DNA from: Octopus sinensis
Taxonomy: Eukaryota
Length of the DNA stretch: 64,000 nt
Direction: 5' to 3'
NCBI RefSeq assembly: GCF_006345805.1
Contig: NC_043015.1
Coordinates: 38,812,001 to 38,876,000, forward strand
How positions within the stretch are numbered: the stretch's first letter is position 1; each line of letters begins with the position of its first letter. A model generated the notes under the pieces. The model worked only from the letters and a program-made list of their open reading frames with translations, did not search any database and was not told the DNA's origin. Below are positions 34,501 through 43,500 of the stretch, piece by piece. A program made the position numbers and the translations under genes.

Positions 34501-37500
34501 ACCGCCTTTAGTTGAGCAAATCGACTCCAGGGCTTATTCTTTGTAAGCCTAGTACTTATTCTATTGGTCTCTTTTGCCAAACTGCTAAGTTACGGAAACG
34601 TAAACACACCAGCATTGGTTGTCAAACGATGCTGGGTGGACAAACACAGACACACATACACACACATATATATACACAGACATATATACTACAGGCTTCT
34701 TTCAGTTTCCATCTACCAAATCCACTCACAAGGCTTTGGTCGTCCTGAGGCTATAGTAGAAGACATTTGCCCAAAGTGCCATGCAGTGGGACTGAACACA
34801 GAACCATGTGGTTCCTAAGCAAGCTACCTACCACACAGCCACTCCTATGCCTACTCATTCATATATTTTGCTCACCCATATTACTTTTTCTGTCTTTCTT
34901 GCCACTATTTTCTTAAATCTATTTTGAAGAACTAAAAGTAATTTTAGAACCATTAATCCATATTTCCTCTGTTTTACCCTTCTTCTCAGGAACCGGTTTG
35001 CTTGTGATTACATCAACAGAAACTTCAGACAAGTCATATTATGGAGAAACTGGCCTTCATTACCTGAGTATAAAAGGTGAAGGTTGCCTTGTACCCAGAG
35101 GTAAATATTTTCATTGAAAAATATTCTTTCCAGTATAACACACAGGTTAATGCTTGCTTTAATTTAATTCTTTGTCCTGCATGACTTCCTACGGGATTTA
35201 TTGAGGAATGAGACATTCAGTAAAGGGGTTGGTGACAGGAGGGGCCTCCAACCATAGAAACTATGTCCAAAAATGGAACTCACCTGCAAGGCATGGAATC
35301 CATCAGCAGTGTCATAAGTCATCCATCTAGCAGGGTAACAGCTCTAAATTACAGAGTGGAGATGGATCTACAGTCCTTGTCACATTGAACAAGTTATCCT
35401 TCCAATCCGTTATGGAAAAATGGACGTAAAAATGAGGAAGATTGGAGTAACTTTAATGAATTAACCACAAAACCTTGATATTTTAAAATAAATAAATTAC
35501 TTTACTTTCAGCCAAAGATGGTCCTGTCTACTGTGTGGAGTGGCATCCCAATTCTACCCAATTCTGCGTGGTTTATGGTTGTATCCTTTCATTCACTTCT
35601 ATTTTCAATTGCCATTAAATAAACTTTTATCAAATTATTTTCTCTTCTTTTGTACTGGTTGTGTATGACCCCTACCTAAATCTTGTATCCCTTCTCATTT
35701 CTTTAATGTTTATTCCCCAAGTCCCCACTCAAGGCTTTCTCTAATACTTTTTCTTCAAACCAACATCCTTTGGGAAACATTCTCCTTTATGATTTTCTCT
35801 CAACACCTGACCTTCAAAAGCTCAACTTGATATTAATCCTAATAACTATTTCCATTTTCTTCAGGTGGGCATTCAAAATCAATGGAGGATTTCTCTTTAG
35901 ACTAAATTATAGATGAAAAATGTACATTGATATAGTTTTTCTTTTGCTGTAGGACACTATTTGGTATAGTTGAAATTTTGAAGATATTTAATAATCTTTT
36001 CTCCTCTAGGCACAAGGCCCGAAATTTTTTGGGGGCGGGGCAGTCGATTAGATCAACCCCAGTATGTAACTGGTACTTAATTTATCGACTTCAAAAGGAC
36101 AAAAGGCAAATTCGACCTCGGCGGAATTTGAACTCAGAACGTAACGGCAGACGAAATACGGCTACGCATTTCGCCCGGCGTGCTAACGTTTCTGCCAGCT
36201 CGCCGCCTTAATACATGAAATACTGTTGGTCATTTCACCTGGTGTACCAGCTCACCACTTTAAAGATGTTTGATAATAGTGTTTAAAATGTTATTGCCTT
36301 GGCCATCATAAAAATAACGGAGCTGCTTTACCATATTTGGAATTACAGATTTAAACGAAAATGTATTTTTAAATATAAAAAAATAAATTGTAACATCATG
36401 CAGCAGATGTAAATGAATTTCACTGTCACACTGTTGGAAATTCTCTTTATTAAGATGCTGCTTATTGGATAAGCTACAACTTTTTTTTTACCTTTTCAAG
36501 CCATGCCTGGCTCATTAGGGCCGGTTTCCCGATTTCCTTGGCATATAGGTTATCCACCTGGATGGGACGCCGGTCCGTTGCAGGTGAGCTGCAGGAGGAA
36601 AGAGTGAGAGAAAGTTGTGGCGAAAGAGTCAGCAGAAGTTTTGCCATTACTTCCTGCCAGAGCTGCGTGGAGCTTAGGTGTTTCGCTCATAAACACACAC
36701 ATCGCCCAGTCTGAAATTCGAACCCGCGATCCCTCGACCGTGAGTCCGCTGCTCTAACCACTAGGCCATGTGCCTTCACTACAACTGTAGGTGTACAAGA
36801 CTTAAATATCTTGTCTGTATCACAATATTGGGACAGTTTGTTCCTATCTCCTTATTTGTATGTTTCCAAATATCCCAGAGAATCATGTTTTAATTCTTTT
36901 CAACTATTTCTGGGACGTACTTGTTTAATATTTCAACTTACAAAAGGTTCATTTCATTAATTATTTCCTGTTAGAAGTAGTTGTCTACTCTGTCATGTTG
37001 TATCATGACGTGGTCAGTATGAAGTGTCCAAAAAGAATGAGGCTAATGTCCTCATCAACTTTACTACCATACTTACACCATTCAGATTTGATATTTCACC
37101 TCTGTGTTTTTCCTGTAAAAACTGGTTGATAGATACTTTGCCTGATTTAGCAATTATCGGATCTTTATTTTCTCATTTTTGTTGAGTTCTTTGGAACCAG
37201 ATGTAGCTCTATCATGTATTTGAGTTAAAGATTGTTCATGAAGAGGTTTTCTTCTTTTTTTTTAACTTGATTGTATTTTTGTTTGTTATAGTTTCTTGAA
37301 GTTTTTTTTCACATTCTAGGGTTTTCTTTTAAAGAATATATCGTTAGATTGCCTTTTTATGTATTTTCTTTCTCTATTGGATGCAGTATTTTTTGTCATG
37401 TTTTGCCTGTCATAATTTTGTTTCTCTTTTGTCTAAGTTTTTCTCTTAATCCCAGGCAAATTGTTTTTAAATAAGTTATTTGATAAGACTCTATCTTTGT

Positions 37501-40500
37501 ATGCACTTCTATTTAAATGTTTTGCTGTGATCCAAAGTTCTTCCTTAACCAGACATTCCAGTTATGCCAGCCAAAGCTACCCTCTACAACTTAAAATGTG
37601 ATCCTGTATTTGACTATGGAACTGCTCCACGGAATTCAGCCTTTTATAACCCACAGGGAAACAATATCCTTTTGCGCTATACTTCACCTTTCTGGAGAAT
37701 GTCTTTCCTTAGAGATATGTGATGATAATTATTAGAGCCCTGTCAATTAGAGAGGTTCTCTATGTAGATTAGATATCTTAAATATCTAGTTGAGTGTTTT
37801 GTTGTTTTGGAGATTTCCTGTTTGAGTCAACATTGTATTTCATCTGAGAGAGAGAGAGATGTTAAGTAAGAGTAATCCGCTCGCAAAACTTTGGCCGTCC
37901 TGAGGCTATTCCAGAGTGCCATGCAGTGGGACTGAACCCGGAACCATGTGGTTGGGGAGCAAGCTTCTTACCACACAGCCACGCCTTTACCAAAATAATT
38001 TTTATATTAATTACATAGACTCTGGATTACTTCTAAAACTGATGGAGTTACAAGCTTTGCCTAATTATAATTATATTCAGTTTGGGAGAGTGTTAGACTG
38101 AAGATCTAAAGGCCCCCGGTTCAATCCTGGGTTTCGGCATCTGGCGGCTGATAATATTTTTGACCGTTGCCAGCGCCGCCCCGACTGGCCTCGTGCTGGT
38201 GGCACGTAAAAAGCACCACCCGTTCGTGTCCATTGCTAGCCTCGCCTGGCCCCCGTGCTGGTGGCATGTAAAAAGCACCACCCGTTCGTGTCCGTTGCCA
38301 GCCTCGTCTGGCCCCCGTGCCGGTGGCACATAAAAAGCACCATCTGTTCGTGGCCGTTTGCCAGCTCTGTCTGGCACCTGTGCGGGTGGCACGTAAAAAG
38401 CACCCACTACACTCACGGAGTGGTTGTCGTTAGGAAGGGCATCCAGCCGTAGAAACACTGCCAGATCTGACTGGGCCTGATGAAGCCTTCCGGCTTCACA
38501 GACCCCAGTTGAACCGTCCAACCCATGCTAGCATGGAAAGCGGACGCTAAATGATGATGATGATGATGATGATGGATGGTTATAATAGTCAACCTCCATT
38601 TCATTATTCCTTTAAAATTAATAGATATTTGATAACTTTATTTTTAATTTAATTAGTGAATTTTATTGCTGAAGTTTTAAATAATTTCTGAAAATTCATC
38701 TTCATCATCATCATTTAACGTCTGCTTTCCATGCCGGCCTGGGTTGGACAGTTTGACTGGGGACGGGCAAGCCAGGTGGCGGCACCAGGCTCCAATCTGA
38801 TCTGGCAATGTTTCTATAGCTGGATGCCCTTCATAATGTCAACCACCCCGAGAGCATCAAAATTATTTTTCCTTTACTTGTTAACTTTTGTGTTTGGCTG
38901 GATTTGGTAATTTGCAAGGTGATTTGGAATTCTGGGATCTTCAGCAACAGAAACTGATCAGCTCCACTAAAGCAATGGATACGACACATTTTGCTTGGTG
39001 CCCTGATGGTGTTCACTTTATCACAGCTACTATGGCTCCTCGACTCCGTGTTGGTAACGGGTAAATACTTTATCATTATTATTATTTTGTTTTGTATTTG
39101 CATTGGCAAGATGTCCCTTCAATTTGCATGAAAGTTCATCCCAATTATTTTATCAAAATTCTTCATCTAAAAAAAAAAAACAATGGCAGCAAAAACGAAA
39201 GGATGGATGGTGATGGTGACTGATTCTTACCTACGTCACCAATGATGACAAAAGTAAAGGCACAGCTACAGCAGTGGAGGTGCAATGGCCCAGTAGTTAG
39301 GGCAGCGGACTCGCGGTTTCAATTCCCAGACCGGACATTGTGTGTGTTTATTAAGCGAAAACACCTAAAGCTCCACGAGGCTCCAGCAGGGGGTGGTGGC
39401 GACCCCTATTGTACTCTTTCGCTCCAACTTTCTTTCACACTCTTTCTTCCTGTTTCTTGTCCCCCGACTTCCTACACAACCGCTGAGCCTGGATGCACAT
39501 TCGTCCGTCCGTCAATGCTCTCGGTGTCGGAGGTTGACCTGCTTTCTCTTCTGCGGGTCTTACGAATAGCAAAGGACCATGTTTCGGACTTCTCCCATCT
39601 TGCAAGCTCTGGGACAAAGACCGTTCGCTCAACAGCAACAACAACATGGCAGATAAAGAGAACAAAGCAAAACTTGTCGACCATCTCCTCCACACACCTT
39701 TACATCATTTCAGCCGCTGACAACAACATCAACAGAAATAGCACCACTGATTAATACAAAACCCAGCTGTCTCACTTTGACCAATATGCCTGCTCAGAGC
39801 AGGTTTGTTGTTGGTTATGATGTCTTTGTTAAAGCAATGACTGCTATGCCTAAACTGCTGAAACTGAGTCTTTTGCTAATTCAGGCAAAGGTATGCGGAA
39901 AATATGATAAGGTAACTAAGGGAGGATGAAGAGGAAACTGTTGCTCTACCAGAACCCATTAACAACAAACCAGGAGGTGTGTAGCAACCTACACTTACAT
40001 AGGATGAAAGAAAAAGTAGATGGGTGGAAAGGCCAAATCCGGCTCAAATAGAATTCTGTTCTGACACAAAGGACTCTAAAAATTGAAGAATTAATTCTGA
40101 TAATCTCATATCTTGGCTGATGTGTGGCAAAGGTAAGGATGGCAAACATATTGGTTGATAGCAGTTGGCTGGCATTGAAGAGGAGACCCAGATATTTGAC
40201 ATTTGTAAGTTTTGCAATGAGAATTAGAGGAGTAAAGGAATGGTGTTCTTGACCCAAACAGAACAGGACAGAACTGAAGCCATTCCTGACCTAATTCACT
40301 TGTCAGAGATAAAACCCATTTGTATATGCTGGTAGAAGACTGAAGGCCAAGGTGTCACATGTATGGCTTTTTGTCCACAGCAGAGGCCAAACGAAAGGTC
40401 CCCCCCCCCCCCACTGCTGTCATTATCACAACTTGAATAATATGAATGATAGCAGGCAACTACAATGACAGCAACAATTGCGAAAGTAAAATCAGTCCCA

Positions 40501-43500
40501 GCTGTGAAAGCAAGAGCAACCGTAAAGAGCTGGGCTGACTAAAATGGAGAACAGAACCCTTATGACACAAAAATCCTCCATTTCTACAAAATACCATAAA
40601 ACATTTAGATTACTTGGGTTTGTCCTGCAATGAGGGAAATAAAGATGGAAATTAGCAAACTGTCCCTGTAAGAAGGGAGAAAGAAACGGGAAAGGGACAA
40701 AACAAATCTACACTCACAAAAAGGTGAGAGATTGAGAGGGAGGAAATATCTAATTTTAAATTGATGTGATCCCTAATAATTACTGGAAACTCCTATGGTT
40801 GGCCCCCTTTTACTACAGCAGAAAAAATATTTATTCAATTTATGAAAAAAAAAAATTAAGTTTAGAAAATGACTAATTTTTGATATTTGAATTTGGCCAA
40901 CCTTTGGATATTTCTTTTTTATTTCCTTTCAGGTATAAATTGTGGCATTATACTGGAAGTGTTTTGGCTCAGTTGGAAGTAGCGTCTGGGAAAGAATTAT
41001 GGGAGTCACTATGGATGCCAGATATGGATGGCAAATTCCCTTCGAAGCCTATTGTGTATAAGAAGGTACCATCTTCAATACCAGGACAGACAGGTGTTTG
41101 TACATTTTATTACTAATTCATTAGCAGGGCATACAAATTTCTTTTTTAAATATTACTTTTAATATTTATAGCCATTTTCTCGTTACAGTAATAACTTGAA
41201 ATGGCTTCCATGTAAAACTCTCTCAAAACATTGCATATTTTTTTCCATTCTACCATGGCTTTCTCTTTTGAGAGAACCTCTACAATCTTTTTTATCTTTT
41301 ACTTGTTTTAGTCATTTGACTGTGGCCATGCTGGAGCATTACCTTTAGTCAAACAAATCAACCCCAGGACTTATTCTTTGTAAGCCTAGTACCTATTCTA
41401 TCGGTCTCTTTTGCTGAACTGCTAATTTACAGGGACGTAAACACACCAATATCAGTTGTCAAGCAATGGTGGGAAGACAAGGGCTTCTTTCAGTTTCCGC
41501 CTACCAAATCTACTCACAAGGCTTAGGTCAGCCTGAGGCTGTAGTGGAAGGCACTTGCCCAAAGTACCATGCAGTGGGACTGAACCTGGAACCATGTGGT
41601 TCGTAAGCAAGCTATTTACCATATAGCCACACCTGCAAACTCCTTCACATCAACCCTTCCATCGTAGAAAAGAACACATTGGGTAAAACGTGGCCTCAGG
41701 TTCCATTACACAACCTGGTGAAAAGAGGGATTGTTTATGACCGAAATTCCTGTCATCACAAGTCTGCTCAGTCAGTGCTGACATCAGCCTAAACACCCAT
41801 CACCAACTTAGACGATATTATATCTCGTATTTTACTTTTAATATATTTCTGTTTTTTAGGTCGAAGGGGGTCATTTAGATCGTATGTTTCTTGTAGGGTA
41901 CCTTTTGAAGCCTTTCTTGTCCAATATTTTATGAGGACCCTTTAAGACTTGACAGGGTTTTATATTTCTTTACTTTTGTAGGACTTGAATTCTTTTGCTA
42001 GTTTGGCAGAAGAAAGTCTTCTGCTCAAGGATTCTGTTTAGCTATTCACACATTCAACTTATAATTATTAAACACATTGGCTGCTTTCTCATTCGTTGGA
42101 GAGTCTCTGGCTTTTGTTGTGCTACTCTGAGAAACAATTACATACTTTAATAATTGAAACTAAAATTTCTTACGTTATAAATTTGAAATTTATTTTAAAT
42201 ATATTTGCAGTGAAGCCTGTTGCTGCCTATCGCCCTCCACACGCTCGCGGTCAGCCGGCTTCGGATTTTAAGCTACATGAATTTGAACCTCCTTCCAATA
42301 AAAAAATTCCAGGTCTTAGTGAGTAACGTGTTTTTTCCTTAATATTTCTGATTTGTTTGAACAAAATGTAGGAAGATGAAAGTTTCTAACTCAGATTTGA
42401 AATAAGTTACTAGGAATAAACTTCTCAGTGTAGTTTGCCGAGTCAAATTCTTCTGCAGCTATTGGCTGTGACATATTAGCCAATGGATAAGATATTTATT
42501 TTAGCCATTGTCTTGTTGTGCTGTTGCTGTCAACCTGGCTACAAATATAGTGAGTTCATGGCTCGCAGGACGGCCTGCTGTGCTTACCTTGGATTGTAGG
42601 GTGACCTGCTGTGCTTGAGGAGACCTATTGAGTCAAGTACATCAACATCAAAATAAAAATCAAATGGTGCCGGTGACACGTAAAAAGCACTGTCTGAACG
42701 TGGCAGATGCCAGCGCCATCTGACTGGTGTCAGTGACACGTAAAAGCACCAACCGATCGTGGCCGTTTGCCAGCCTCCTCTGGCCCCTGTGCCGGTGGCA
42801 TGTAAAAAGCACTGTCCGAATGTGGCAGATGCCAGCGCCACCTGCCTGATGTCCGTGTCGGTGGCACGTAAAAAGCACCAACCAATCGTGGGCGTTGCCA
42901 GCCTTCTCTGGCCCCTGTGCCGGTGGCACGTAAAAAAAACATCCACTACACTCACGGAGTGGTTGGCATTAGGAAGGGCATCCAGCTGTAGAAACATTGC
43001 CAAATCAGACTGGAGCCTGGTGCAGCCTCCTGGCTTCCAAGACCCCGGTTGAACTGTCCAACCCATGGAAAACGGACATTAAATGATGATGATGATAGCT
43101 GACATGTCTTAGAAAAGCTGCCCAAATCTCTTATAATCTCTTGTGTAATTGTAAGCTGTGAAGTTTTAAGGCATTGTTTTGCAAAACTACTTTACATCAG
43201 TTTGAAATATTTGGATAATGACCTGTGTTATGTTTCTGTACTTTAACTTTGAAATTTAAAGACTCAAAGACAAAATTATCATTTTAGTAACATGCAGCAT
43301 TTAAAGTGGATTATTTATTTTGTTTCTAAGATACTTTCATGAGTGAAAGTTTAGCAGTGTGGCCCAAACGTGCACTGTATTGGGTAATTATCGAACATGT
43401 GCAGACGTTTATCATGACCTCCTCAACCAACACTAAGTATGGAGAGCAGATGTGGAATGACAGTCATGGCTCTCTATCAACTCAGAGACAACAATTTTCA

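Larger units (their letters stand above)
35581..37561 (+). other. U12-type (minor spliceosome) GT-AG intron 10 of EIF2A
   Basis: 5' site GTATCCTTTC at 35581. Branch consensus TTCCTTAAC at 37541-37549, 12 nt before the end of the intron (AG at 37560-37561), with no polypyrimidine tract. Splicing restores YG(F)MPAK. Confidence 0.92.
37664..38885 (+). other. U12-type AT-AC intron 11 of EIF2A
   Basis: 5' site ATATCCTTTT at 37664; branch-like TTCCTTTAC at 38869-38877; terminal AC at 38884-38885. Splicing gives PQGN-I-LCLAGFGNL, colinear with eIF2A PHGHILVLAGFGNL. Confidence 0.92.

Noticed and set aside
38077-38139. Functional tRNA-Phe gene
   Set aside because: The 5' acceptor strand and the start of the A box are missing, so it cannot form the cloverleaf.
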